A stretch of DNA of 63,702 nucleotides, the filler included, from Octopus bimaculoides (lineage: Eukaryota): assembly GCF_001194135.2 (NCBI RefSeq). It is 8 parts of 7 records of this genome, joined end to end, with 100 filler letters (N's around TTAATTAATTAA, not from the genome) between each part and the next. Parts side by side here need not be neighbours in the genome. Positions count along the whole stretch, not along the records: positions 19,812 to 45,330 come from NC_068983.1; positions 45,431 to 52,690 come from NC_068993.1; 6 more parts are not named here. One strand, written 5' to 3'. The stretch's first letter is position 1, and the number at the start of each line of letters is the position of its first letter. Both the position numbers and the translations under genes were made by a program. Shown here one piece after another: positions 36,676 through 50,181 of this stretch. The notes below the pieces were generated by a model. The model was not told where the DNA came from. It worked only from the letters and a program-made list of their open reading frames with translations, and made no database searches.

Positions 36676-37851
36676 AATATGGTATAACTATATTTCATTG
36701 CTTGATAGTAAAACTATCATATAGTCCTTTACTTTTATTGCAAATAATATGTGAAAGTGAGAAATACATATTAATTTTCAGTATGTTACACACTTGCATT
36801 CACCTTCGCCTACATGCATTCTGTTATGTAAATGTATTCATTAAAATGTATAAGAGTACATAGCCAATGGTATATTGACTAATAAAAGAGTTCTGTACTT
36901 TATTTTCAATGAAAATGTTTGAATGAAATATAGAGAAAGAATAAGATCTTGTAGCGATTATAACTGTATTTTAATTAATTCAAATTAATGTATCTCATCT
37001 TGAAAAGTGGCAAAATTGTTGGCGGTTGACATCTGGGATTATTTTAGTAACAAATCAAACAGGTAAGATGCAGTAAGAATTTCAATTTTAGTGTTTATTC
37101 ATAATGTTATTGCTTTTACACCTNNNNNNNNNNNNNNNNNNNNNNNNNNNNNNNNNNNNNNNNNNNNNNNNNNNNNNNNNNNNNNNNNNNNNNNNNNNNN
37201 NNNNNNNNNNNNNNNNNNNNNNNTTGCTTAATAACAATAACAACAATAGGTACTTCAGACAATATCAAGAAGAGTAATAGAGATACTGTTAGCCTATATC
37301 AGAGATAGAGTAGTCAATGTAAAAGACAGGGTAGCATAATGCAAGCTTAATTGTTTTGATACCACCCTGCCTGCAACTGGTTCCACAATACAAACTTTCT
37401 ACTGCAAAGTAATCTAAATGAAACCTTCCATTAACAATTTCATGTTCCAAAAACCAGATTAATAGCAACAATATTATTTTACTAAATTTCCTATTATTTT
37501 TTTCCAACTGAAACAATGGCAGTGTATTTTAACAGAAAAATGGTTTTTAAAAAAGGGGGGGGGGTGAAGAAGAGTCTTATGATACAAAAAGAATACCTAT
37601 TGCATAAATATGTGTATGGAAATCGGTTTACATCAAAAGCTTATTTCAGATCCTGGTAAAGTCAGCTTGCTTCTGATCCTTTCAAGGTAAATAAAAAAAT
37701 TAATCAGAGATGGTGGATTGCTGAAACTGTAAGAAAGTCAGAATGGATGCATTCCTGTATTCGTTCCAGTCCCTTGTGTTCTGAGTACAAATCCAACTAT
37801 GGCCTACTAAGGTGATAGACTCAGCCTATCATCCAGTTTAACATTAACCAC

Positions 37852-37980
37852 CTGGCAAAATTGGTGCTTTTAGCAGAGTCCACTTTGTTGCAAGCATACG
37901 AGCTTCTGGTTTGAGGATAGTTTCCTCTTGCCAGTTTCAGCAGCCATGAAAAGAAACATGGGCTTTGCCTTCCCTCCTGA
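37852..37980 (-). CDS. Internal 129-nt symmetric exon (QEGRQSPCFFSWLLKLARGNYPQTRSSYACNKVDSAKSTNFA)
   Basis: Acceptor (T)n-GTATCCTATCTTTTAG, donor CAG|GTGGTT; only one frame is open, phase 2-2. Confidence 0.5.
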
Positions 37981-39210
37981 CTAAAAGATAGGATACAAAA
38001 AAAAAAAAAAAAAAGCGTGCATCAATGAAAATCAATGTAATCCTTCTGTGTTTGTTGTATGAAAGGATCATGTGATATTGATGCAGATGATAATGATTTT
38101 AAAGAGCTCAATTTAGTGTGTATGTAAGATAAAAGCCATTCAGAACTTATGTAAACAACGAAAGAAGACTAAATAGCATTGTCAATCGCAATAGGAAGAA
38201 CGTTAACAGCAGTGTCAGTGTAATATTTTTAACCATAAACATTGTTAGTTGATAAACAATTTCTTTTCAAGTTCAAACAGAATAAGAATACAAATGATAA
38301 ACTGCTTTTTTTTTTGTTTTCTTTTCATCTTTTTAGAATGCAGTGAATTTTTCATGGCATTTAAAGTTATTTAATTACATCTCTAGTAAAAAAAAAAAAA
38401 ATTAAAAAAACATGAGATCTACTGATAAATAACTATCGTTATATTTATCATGTATTCGTATTCACAAAAGATGTTTTTGTGTGTTTGTGCGAGAGAGAGA
38501 GAGAGAGAGAGAGAAGAAATAAACAAATTAACAGGTCGAAAGAGATAAAAAAAAATGATATGATATTCAAAAGAAATGTTTTAATATTTGTACAGATGCA
38601 AAGATGAAGTTTATTTTTGACATTTTTTGAAAGATATAAGCAAAAAATAAAAGTAATCCTTTAATAATATCTAGTCTCAACTGGTCAGTGAATGATATAT
38701 CATAATGAAGAAAAATTGTAAAATGTCAAAATAGTTAGGGGTTAAGAAAGTAACACAAACAAAACAATTACTTTCATTTATTAAATAATTATTGTTTGTG
38801 GCAAATAAAGAGATCATTATCTCATCTTTCCTGGTAGTAATTTTTTTTTTTTATGAACAAATATGATATTAATCATAACACTGGCAATTATCAATATATC
38901 TAATACAGTGAACATCAAAAAGCTGACTTAAAATAATTATGTAGTGAGAAAAAAAACAAAAAAACTATATTAGCCATTGATTAATATAAGTTTCATCATA
39001 GCAAATATGGGAGACAAATTTCAGCTTGTTCCAACCTTATTGTGACCTCATCACTAAAATATAGAGTTCACCATGCTCACAGGAAATAGTGATGAAACAA
39101 TCGCTAAGTAAATGTACCAGGTTATAAACATTGGTTGTTGTAAAAGAAAAAAAAAAAAAAAAGTAGAATTGTTTAGAGAATAGATTATCCTAACACACCA
39201 TCATCATTAA

Positions 39211-39430
39211 CCCTTTAACATTTAAACTGATCATATCCAGCCAAAATTTTCCATTTGGTTTATATTCAAATTGACCAGATCCAGGCTCTCACACCTACCC
39301 TACAATGTTATTCTACACTTAACAATCACATCATCAAAGTCTCAAGGATATGAGATAATGTATGATTAATTCAAAACTATTGTGAATCAATAAGCATCAC
39401 ATTTGATAGAATAATCTGAATGCTAAAGGG
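39211..39430. mobile_element. piggyBac-type MITE (220 bp)
   Basis: TTAA|CCCTTTAACATT ... AATGCTAAAGGG|TTGA (decayed TTAA). Confidence 0.8.
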
Positions 39431-39897
39431 TTGATATACATAAACTTTTCTTTCCCTCCCTTTTGCTCTGTCACTCATCACTTTTCTCCTAACATTTTCC
39501 TTAGTCTTGTTTATATTTCTTGGCTAGGCCTTCCTATTGTTTGAGGAACCAGACTGCATAAGCTGAGAGACTTTAAGACATTAATTAACAACATTTAACC
39601 TTTCACCGAATAGCGCATACACACACACATCTGACACTGGATGAGCTAAGGTGCATAAATATAAGCAATGTATAATTTCTCAAACAGTTGTCTTGGCAGG
39701 AAGAAGTAGAGTTTTCACCTAGGAAACTCTGGTCACTTTAGCTTTAGTTTTCAAACCACCACCACCACCACCACCACCACTATGGTTGCCATCACCACTA
39801 CCACCACCACCAACAACAACAACAACAACAGCAGCACATTAACAAATCAAGTCTTCCTCAAATGACCCCACTTCTGTCATAAAAAATAAAATTATAC

Positions 39898-40057
39898 ACA
39901 GGAGTGGCTGTGTGGTAAGTAGCTTGCTTACCAACCACATGGTTCCGGGTTCATTCCCACTGCGTGGCACCTTGGGCAAGTGTCTTCTACTATTGCCTCA
40001 GACCGACCAAAGCCTTGTGAGTGGATTTGGTAGACGGAAACTGAAAGAAGCCTGTCG

Positions 40058-40091
<34 letters not shown>

Positions 40092-40304
40092 AGTGTGTAT
40101 GTATTTGTGTGTCTGTGTTTGTCCCCCCAACATCGCTTGACAACCGATGCTGGTGTGTTTACGTCCCCGTAACTTAGCGGCTCGGCAAAAGAGACCAATA
40201 GAATAAGTACTAGGCTTGCAAAGAATAAGTCCTGGGGTCGATTTGCTCGACTAAAGGCGGTGCTCCAGCATGGCCGCAGTCAAATGACTGAACAAGTAAA
40301 AGAG
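39898..40304 (+). mobile_element. SINE family A, full length, young
   Basis: Best-preserved copy in the window; head, (TA)n and tail intact with CpGs retained. Confidence 0.95.
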
Positions 40305-40992
40305 TAGTCCAAGATGTATAATGTAGAGGAGAATGACAAGATGGTCATGGTTGGAATACCTCGGATCACAGATCTTGCTCAATCAGAGTTTATCGGGATT
40401 GGCAATAAACACCACCATCACCATCATAATTTACATAAACGTTTGGTTTTTCTTTTTTTTTTTTTTTTTTTTTTTTTGACAATAGTATGAACATTCAGGT
40501 TGGCAAATGCTGCATCATTTACTGCAGTTTAATCATGTCATTTGTAACATCCAAACACTCACATATTTTTTGCACTATTCCAGATGTGACGACCACCATC
40601 TATGCTAATTCATAGCACTTTTCAAGCTGCAGTCACACCACCACTAAAACCAATGAAACAATCTCTCCTGCATATATTGGTGAATATGCCTTTGATTCTG
40701 AGCACTAAGGGATTGCTTGGAGCCCAATAAGGTAAAAAATGCAGATAACAGAAAAAAGAGTTATTATACTCATACTGAAATATCAAACCTAAGCCACTAG
40801 TAAAAGTGTTGAGCATATGAACAGAATCTTATTTTGAAGGTCAAATAGTGTCACATATCAGCAATTCTTTCCCTTCCATTTTTTCATTACCATTCTTCCT
40901 TACACACACACACACACACATGCACCAATAGCAACAGTAAAACTAAAATGACACAAACCACCATCTCTCTTCTAAATACAGGTGAGCTGTAC

Positions 40993-41067
40993 CAATGTGC
41001 TGGAACTACTACATGATCAATCAAGCTTCCAATGTAGCATCCAAAATCTCTAGATGACGACATTTGC
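40993..41067 (-). CDS. Candidate 75-nt symmetric exon (QMSSSRDFGCYIGSLIDHVVVPAH)
   Basis: Acceptor (T)n-GCTTAG is strong; donor TG|GTACAG is weak but gives phase 2-2 continuity with 37852-37980. Confidence 0.3.
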
Positions 41068-41128
41068 CTAAGCAAAAAAAAAAAAAAAANNNNNNNNNNN
41101 NNNNNNNNNNNNNNNACACACACACACA

Positions 41129-41177
<49 letters not shown>

Positions 41178-41358
41178 CACCATGTGTGTTCTTTATTGTT
41201 GAGCAACAGCAATATCATCTTCATCTCTTTCTCTCTGCTTTCTCGACTATCTTCTCTTATATGGACTCTCCCCTTCAGAACTTGCTATATATTTGAAACC
41301 ATCTGTTACATCTGACCCTCTGGTTAAATGTGTGTGTGTGTGTGCATGAGTATATATA

Positions 41359-41446
<88 letters not shown>

Positions 41447-42353
41447 CATATAACGTTTTACCGATGCNNNNNNNNNNNNNNNNNNNNNNNNNNNNNNNNN
41501 NNNNNNNNNNNNNNNNNNNNNNNNNNNNNNNNNNNNNNNNNNNNNNNNNNNNNNNNNNNNNNNNNNNNNNNNNNNNNNNNNNNNNNNNNNNNNNNNNNNN
41601 NNNNNNNNNNNNNNNNNNNNNNNNNNNNNNNNNNNNNNNNNNNNNNNNNNNNNNNNNNNNNNNNNNNNNNNNNNNNNNNNNNNNNNNNNNNNNNNNNNNN
41701 NNNNNNNNNNNNNNTATATATATGTATATTTGTTTGTTACTGTGGAGTGTTTCAGTAAACAAACCTAACAAGCAGAACTGGAGCCTCAATACAGACTAGT
41801 ACCACAGTTCAATATACTCATATACAGTGAAATACAGCAGCTTAACAAAAATATTCACAGTTAATGCCTTAGTGGGTTTTTCTTTTTTTTTTTTGTTGTT
41901 GTTTTTACCTTTTATATATATTTTCATGTCTGATTTTACTGAGGAGTTAATCCAGACAGAAGTGGGTGGTGGAGGTAGTGGTTGAGAGGTGGGGGAGATG
42001 AAAAAAAAAAAAGAAAAGAAAGACAGAAAATAGTAAACAAAAATTAAAATGAAACAAAACTGAAAATAAAAGGAAAGTGTTTGCTTCCCAAAATCTCTGA
42101 GCGGAGGAATTAAGAGGTGTAGGAAGGTTGAATGCAGTTCTGCTGTATCTTCAGACCAGACACAATGATAAAGAAGTGTGATAATGTAACAGGAGTCAAT
42201 AACTCTTGACTATGTAGAGTACTACATTTTAAATGATAAAACATGAAATAACATTTGATATTCACCATAACTTGAGGGTGGTAGGATGGGTGAAAGGGTG
42301 GAAGATATAGGGAAGTCTTTTGGCAGAGAATGAGAGAGAAACATTGGATATGG

Positions 42354-42398
<45 letters not shown>

Positions 42399-42492
42399 AA
42401 TGAATTAGGTAAAAGAGATAGAGACAGACAGAGGAAATAAGAGAATGAAGGAAGGAGATGAAATGAATGGAGAAAGAGGAAATAAATTGGGA

Positions 42493-42523
<31 letters not shown>

Positions 42524-42871
42524 CATTACAAAAAAGTGACTATGTAAGTGGGAGGGAAAGGATTACAGAAAATAGAGGGGGTACGAAAAAATTGAAGAGG
42601 AGAGAAAAGTGAAAGACTAAGATATTGAACAGAGAACCCATTACAAGAGGGGGAGGGAGAGAGAGAGAGATGAAAAGGCAGAGACAAATAGCAAAAGTGA
42701 CTGAGAGTGATGAAAAGAAAGAGAAAGATGAAGAAAAGAGGACTTAATAACAGCAAGAAAATAGATTTTCAACATAGGGAAATTAAATACACACAGACAG
42801 AAGCCACCATTCACCACTATCAACATCACAACCACCAAAAAATACAGCAGCTGGTACCATTCTGTTCACAC

Positions 42872-42902
<31 letters not shown>

Positions 42903-43786
42903 AAACAAAAACAAAAAAAAAAACTTGCACCAATTGCAATGCAACAAGGTGCAATCTCCAGGCAAGCAATGCTATATACAACAGTCTGGTGTGAAACATG
43001 ACACCATCCAATATTGTTGATTTTTTTTTTCTCTCTCTCTCTCTCACTCTCTCTCTTTCACTCTCCTCTAACAAACAATAGCACAGACGCCAGCAGTGGA
43101 GAATGGACCGATGGAAAAAAAAAAAAAGTGTNNNNNNNNNNNNNNNNNNNNNGGGGGAGGGAGGGGGAGAGAGTGAGAGAATCATGGACCTGCTAGATTC
43201 TCTCCAAAACTTGCCTTGCTACTGATCTTCATCCAACAAGCATTTGTCGGAAATTGGATGATCATAAACTAAAATGTAGATAGATGTTGCTGTAGCTGTT
43301 TTTTTGTTTTTGTTTTTGGTGTTGTTGTTTTGTTTCTTTCTACACAAGTAACTTTCTACTTCAAGCTATTTTCTAGATGCTTCTCTATCATCAGTTGCAG
43401 TGAATTCAGCTGTCAGTAGAAAGGGAATGTGTTAGAAAAAATATGTGTGTATGTATGTATGTATGTGTGAGTGTGTATACATATGCTTACCATGTGTCCT
43501 GTAAATCAGTCAGGTTTTTCAAATGTATATTAAAAAAAAAACCCCCAAGAATTTAAAATGTTGCTTTATTTATTGCACACCCTGTAATCTCTTTGTATTT
43601 ATGCGTGCAAAGCTGTGTGTGTGTGTGTGTGTGCATGGACGTGTAAATGCATATCTGGAGGAAGAGAGAGAGAGATATTAACACACAATCATATATTTAC
43701 GGAATTATATGCGTGAATATACATACATGTGTGTGTGTGTGTGTGTGTGTATACACACACACACATACATATGCACATACATACAG

Positions 43787-43819
<33 letters not shown>

Positions 43820-44316
43820 AAAAGAGACAGACAGAGGAAGAAAGATACAGATCATGTATTCATGTATATATATGTATGTATATATATATATATATATATT
43901 TAAATGTCCACACATGCACACACATACAAGCACACACACACACATATTTGATTCCCATCATTGGACTCATTCTTATTGTTTTCCACTTCCAAATTATTGT
44001 TTACATACACATATAACATTTCATTCACACTCACACACTATTTCCTTCTCTTCCCCCTTTCTATCTTCATCAGCATTACATTGCTAACATGGTTGCAATG
44101 GGTATTTTTTCCTTCATTTTTATTTTTATTTTTTTTATTCTTATTTTTATTTATTTATTTATTTTTTTTTTTTTACAAATTTGTACATTTGCATATTGCT
44201 GGAGAAAAAAATTTATGGCTGATTGCACTTGCAATCGCTAACTACTCAACTGTAACGTGGGAATGGAACTTGTTAGCAATGAGGCACACTAATGCAACTA
44301 TAGTCAATATACATAA

Positions 44317-44459
44317 AGGTGGCGAACTGGCCAAGTTGTTAAAGTATCAGATAGATTGCCTTATAGTATTCCTTTTGGTTTGCTTCTATCTGAGTTCATA
44401 TCCTGCCAAGGTCAACTTTACAATTCATCGTTTCGGGATTAATGAAATAAATAACCAGT
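44317..44459 (+). mobile_element. SINE family C, diverged
   Basis: AGGTGGCGAACTGG...GGTCAACTTTACAATTCATCGTTTCGGGATTAATGAAATAAATAACCAG aligns to family C. Confidence 0.6.
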
Positions 44460-44947
44460 CATGCACCAGGATTAATTCTTCTCTCTCACCACCTGCCTGT
44501 CTGTATCTCAGTGGTCAGACATGAGAGATGGGTTCTGCCAAGTTGAAAAATGCTCCAACACACACTATGGAACAATGCCCTCTGTAACTATCAAGAATTG
44601 AGTATCTAAGTAAAGCAAGGCAATTATGTACATACATCAGAAGCACAACACAATTTGCAGTACTCACACATGAACTCATGATCGTGTGTGTGTGTGTGTG
44701 TGAGTGTGAGTGTGTGTGTGTGTGTGTGTGTGCGTGTGCGCGCGCAGGCAGACAATTGTTAAGAATGGGTGCAGATCAGATTGAAGAGTCAGTGATTGTT
44801 GGAAATGCAAATCTATGCCTCACAAATACAAAAGCAATTGGTCTTGTTCTGATTATGATACTTTGGTCTCAACAATAGAAGTCTGTCGCATTATTTACTT
44901 ACTGTGAAGAAATAACATGTTTATATACATAATCAATATATATATAT

Positions 44948-45330
44948 CTGTACCTGGCTTTCGTTGGCATGGAGAAAGCCTTTGACAGGGTCCCCCGATC
45001 CCTTATCTGGTGGTCAATGAGGAAACTTGGGATAGAAGAATGGTTAGTGAGAGCTGTGCGAGCCATGTACAGGGATGCTGCCAGTAAGGTGAGGGTTGGA
45101 AATGAGTACAGTAATGAATTCCGGGTAGAGGTAGGGGTCCACCAAGGTTCCGTCCTCAGCCCCCTATTATTTACCATAGTCCTCCAGGCAATCACAGAGG
45201 AGTTCAAGACAGGTTGCCCCTGGGAGCTCCTCTATGCTGATGACCTTGCCCTAATTGCGGAGTCACTATCAGAACTAGAGGAGAAGTTTCAGGTGTGGAA
45301 GCAAGGTCTAGAATTGAAGGGCCTTAGAGT
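44948..45330 (+). mobile_element. RTE-clade LINE reverse transcriptase fragment, uninterrupted frame
   Basis: LYLAFVGMEKAFDRVPR..GVHQGSVLSPLLF..ELLYADDLALIAES; runs into the spacer. Confidence 0.9.
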
Positions 45331-45430
45331 NNNNNNNNNNNNNNNNNNNNNNNNNNNNNNNNNNNNNNNNNNNNTTAATTAATTAANNNNNNNNNNNNNN
45401 NNNNNNNNNNNNNNNNNNNNNNNNNNNNNN
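45331..45430. other. Artificial 100-bp assembly spacer
   Basis: 44 N + TTAATTAATTAA + 44 N. Confidence 0.95.
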
Positions 45431-45449
45431 ATATATATATATATATATA

Positions 45450-45602
45450 CGACGAGCTTCTTTCAGTTTCCGTCAACCAAATCCACTCACAAGGTTTTGT
45501 TCGGCCCGAGGCTATAATAGAAGACACTTGCCCAATATGCCACGCAGTGGGACTGAACCCAGAACCATGTGGCTGGTAAGCAAGCTACTTACCACACAGT
45601 CA
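45450..45602 (-). mobile_element. SINE family A, head half
   Basis: Matches the family A head. Confidence 0.9.
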
Positions 45603-45992
45603 TGCATCAAGACTTATTCTCCATGCTGCGATATGCGGTTAATTGAACTTTATATTTTAATTCTATCACGTGGAAAGGAACTTCACATACTTAGAAACCC
45701 TAAGTTCGGATTTCGGGCTGTTTTAGCATCCAGAAATTTAAGATCAACTGGCAGGTACTGGAAATTAGTATGATGATGACGATATTATTGTCCCATACAT
45801 TTTCCTGTTAACTCAGAAGTTCATGTCAAGAAATATGAGAAGTTGTTCTTAAGGAATGGACATTGATAGACACTTTGAACCACTGCCACTGCCACTGCGA
45901 GATGTTATGGATGCTATCCTCGGCTGAGTGGAAGCAAGAACAGAAGTGAAACTTTCCTAATCCCATTGGACCAGCTATTCTGGTAATCTTGA

Positions 45993-46518
45993 TGTCTTGC
46001 AAACAACTCGCACATGCAAGTGCTACCAGTCAAGAACTCCGCATACCGGAAGCCAGCAAGTGTATGGGGGTCATCAGGAGAGAATGCGCGCCGTTTCGGG
46101 GCCTACCTCTCGACGGCATCAATGCGCACTGGCGCCCCTCATTGATATGAAGCCCCGCTTGCTAGATCAACTGGTTATTAAAAAAAGCTCAATATTTCTC
46201 TAGCCATCGCTCATCGTCTCTTTTTAACCAAATCCAGTGGCTAGCCTTCTCCACTGTAGTTTGGATGCCACTCATGGTGGTTTTTACCTTACGATGAGTT
46301 ACGCCTAACGATAACAGCAGTCGTCTCACACTGTGTCCTACAAACCCTCTACATCCGAATTCGATTGGAAAATGCTCCGCTTTCCAGCCTGCGTCTTTAC
46401 ATTTCTCGAGGAGGTTTACATAACGGTCAATCTTTCGAGCCCGCACGGCGCCCATATTATCTTCATGAGGAACCGTTAACTTGACTAGATTTACAACTTT
46501 CCTTCTTTCACACCACAT
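45993..46518 (-). mobile_element. 5'-truncated HERO-like (RLE) non-LTR retrotransposon with 17-bp TSD
   Basis: VKLTVPHED..FPIEFGCRGF..VEKASHWIWLKRDD* restriction-like endonuclease C-terminus plus 3' UTR; TATTCTGGTAATCTTGA at 45976-45992 and 46519-46535. Confidence 0.85.
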
Positions 46519-47706
46519 TATTCTGGTAATCTTGAACACAAACCGAAATCTGGAAAAGTTAGTCTTTTCATAATACGAGACATGTTAAGAATTCTGTTTC
46601 GAAATTGGAGAAGATGAAATCCCAAAGATCAAGGATCACGCAGTGACCTTAAGTGATACCAGAAGGATTGAGATCCGAGATAAGACACAAACTGCTATCT
46701 ACATTAAGGATTCGAAACTATAGCCATAGCTTATTACCGAGACAGTTTAATGTATAAAACATTGTTCATAAGAATGGAAGGATCAGAAAACTGTGCAGCC
46801 AAATTCCTACGAAGGGTTTTAAAGGATCAAATGCTCTCTGCAACATTATTATTCTTCAGAATTTTCTGAACTTCATTATTGTTTGTGCGATCCATCGGGA
46901 AAGAAAAGTAGTGTGAGAAATCCTGTTGGGGTTAGTAGCGAAGTCCAACCTGGAAATGAAATAACAAATATGAATTGTGCAGAATATATGAATATAATGG
47001 ATATCGCGCCAGAACAGTAAAAAGTACAGGCAAGATATATTGACCAGAGGAATTTGACAGACTGTATTACAAAAGCAGTGGAGTAAGGAAGCCAATGAGC
47101 ATGCGCAGCCTGGAAAACAGTTGAAGGAAAGAGTGGAAGCAGCCTGGTGGGTTAATGGAAGCAGCTTGGTTAGGATTCCTCTTGAGATGTGCTTTTATCC
47201 CCGGTCAATCTTAAACGGTGGGGCGAGAGCGACTACCGACTCTCTTCGATGTCAAACCTATTCATTACTGGCAGCATGTCCTAGCAGTATGTAAGACACC
47301 GCTTGCAGAATAATTCTAGCAGCATGATCAAAACCAAGTTTTGAATATCTTTGCTCGGGTATTAAAGCAAGATTACAGCTTTATGGATGTGAAAAAAAAC
47401 TGGACACCAAGGTGGATTCCTGCCGTTTTCTACAAAATAAACGAACTACAATGTAGAAGCGTAAAAAAAAAATGATATAAGCTCAAATTTTTGACTGATG
47501 CTAATGATTGGTAAGTTGAAGAATATTCTGAGAAGGTACTCGTGTTCGCAAGCCTTATTACAATAAAATAGTAATTCCCCCAACATTATGATATGTCCAG
47601 ATGTGTAGGCAAAATGGCAAAAATACGTAAAAAGAAGCGTGCGAAGTATGAGAAAATTAGGGAGTCATGTACAGGCGTTCGTACAAATGCATGTTTTGGT
47701 GGATAT

Positions 47707-47739
<33 letters not shown>

Positions 47740-47932
47740 TAGATAGATAGATAGGGTGAAACAATGTAGTCAAGAATGGAAATAGAAAATAATGGATACA
47801 TCGATGAAGAAAAAAAGGAATTGGGGGAAAAAAAGCTAAGAGAAGATAAGAGAAAGAAAGAGAGAGAAAAGAAGAACAGAAGATAGAGTGAAGGATTAAG
47901 AGAGAGGGAGAGAGAGAGAGAGAGAAAGAAAC

Positions 47933-47966
<34 letters not shown>

Positions 47967-48548
47967 AACAGACAGACAGACAGACAAACAGACAGACGAA
48001 GACAGATATGTATATTTTTCAACATGGAAGTGAAGGGGAATCAATGTAGACTTAAAGGAAAAAGCCAGCAAAAGCAACGAAATGTAAATTTGGGTGAGAA
48101 TTCATAAAGATATCACCTTTTAGAAAGCATAACTACGAAATACTTTTGAATATTTCTTCATTTATCTTTGCAAATATTCACGGAAACGTGTGAGTTATGA
48201 CTGGATTAAATTAAGGCACGCTTAAACGCAAACTTTCCAAACCAGTTAACGTTTCTCTCGTGTCGGCGGCATATTACCTGCCTATCATATATCTATAGAA
48301 GCACTGAGGCATCTCCTATGTATCTCTTTTAGCTGTATTTTAACCCACCTCTTTTAGGATTGCATTTATTTCCAAAGAGTTCTATTCTCATTTTAGTTAT
48401 CCGCAAGTATATATAGCACATTAATCTTGCACCAGTGGACAATTGATGCCTAAATGTCTTTACTCCTTAACCCACTCCAACCTTACAACTTTCAATTCAT
48501 TCTCAACGTGCCTATAAACGTATTAGCATTATATTATGTGTCTGTATG

Positions 48549-48609
<61 letters not shown>

Positions 48610-48721
48610 NNNNNNNNNNNNNNNNNNNNNNNNNNNNNNNNNNNNNNNNNNNNNNNNNNNNNNNNNNNNNNNNNNNNNNNNNNNNNNNNNNNNNNNNNNN
48701 NNNNNNNNNNNNNNNNNNNNN

Positions 48722-48768
<47 letters not shown>

Positions 48769-49013
48769 TATATATATATATCCGTTGTCCTTTTACTATA
48801 TACTGCATGCACACACTTACATATATACATACATACACACACAAACACACATTATATATGCAAATATACAAATTATTCAAAGTTAACTTTTATTTATATG
48901 TGGGTGTATGTATGCTTGCGTACGTGGTGGGGATATCTCTGCGTGTGTATGTTTGTGCGCGCGCGTTTGTGTGCGTGCGTGCATATATATATATATATAT
49001 GTATATAAACATA

Positions 49014-49095
<82 letters not shown>

Positions 49096-49644
49096 NNNNN
49101 NNNNNNNNNNNNNNNNNNNNNNNNNNNNNNNNNNNNNNNNNNNNNNNNNNNNNNNNNNNNNNNNNNNNNNNNNNNNNNNNNNNNNNNNNNNNNNNNNNNN
49201 NNNNNNNNNNNNNNNNNNNNNNNNNNNNNNNNNNNNNNNNNNNNNNNNNNNNNNNNNNNNNNNNNNNNNNATATATATATATATATATATATATATACAA
49301 ATATAATATTATGTGCATCTGTATGTGTGTATATATGTTATTATGTATGAATTCTTCTATGCAGGTATTTATAATAATTCCAGAACGTAAACCAAACAAC
49401 GTTTCGGTGCTCGTATCAGTTCACTTCATATAATACACCGTCTGTATAATATTGGAACATGGTGTTATTTCAAAACGTACTTGTTCCATAAGCACGCAAA
49501 ATGCATATACATGCTGGAGAAATAGATTGGAACACGAATATTAAAATCAGTTATAAACGGAGCATCGCATATCTAGGTATGAATACATGTGTAATGTATA
49601 GTTATGCGTGTATTTTCGTGTTTTTAGAGTCATGCACGCGCGCT

Positions 49645-49675
<31 letters not shown>

Positions 49676-49757
49676 GTGTGTGTGTGTGTGTATGAATATA
49701 TATGTATATATGTGTGTATATGTATATATATACATATACATACATACACACACATAC

Positions 49758-49826
<69 letters not shown>

Positions 49827-50147
49827 NNNNNNNNNNNNNNNNNNNNNNNNNNNNNNNNNNNNNNNNNNNNNNNNNNNNNNNNNNNNNNNNNNNNNNNNNN
49901 NNNNNNNNNNNNNNNNNNNNNNNNNNNNNNNNNNNNNNNNNNNNNNNNNNNNNNNNNNNNNNNNNNNNNNNNNNNNNNNNNNNNNNNNNNNNNNNNNNNN
50001 NNNNNNNNNNNNNNNNNNNNNNNNNNNNNNNNNNNNNNNNNNNNNNNNNNNNNNNNNNNNNNNNNNNNNNNNNNNNNNNNNNNNNNNNNNNNNNNNNNNN
50101 NNNNNNNNNNNNNNNNNNNNNNNNNNNNNNNNNNNNNNNNNNNNNNN

Positions 50148-50181
<34 letters not shown>

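Noticed and set aside
40960-40987. Plus-strand donor CAG|GTGAGC, and other isolated splice-like sites (41277, 50316, 58490, 61176, 63433)
   Set aside because: No partner site giving a consistent open frame; expected by chance in T-rich DNA.
43961-44524. 187-aa ORF
   Set aside because: Made of a T-rich low-complexity tract plus a family C SINE.
45780-47400. Possible coding relic flanking the HERO insertion
   Set aside because: Short open stretches only; no recognisable motif in any frame.
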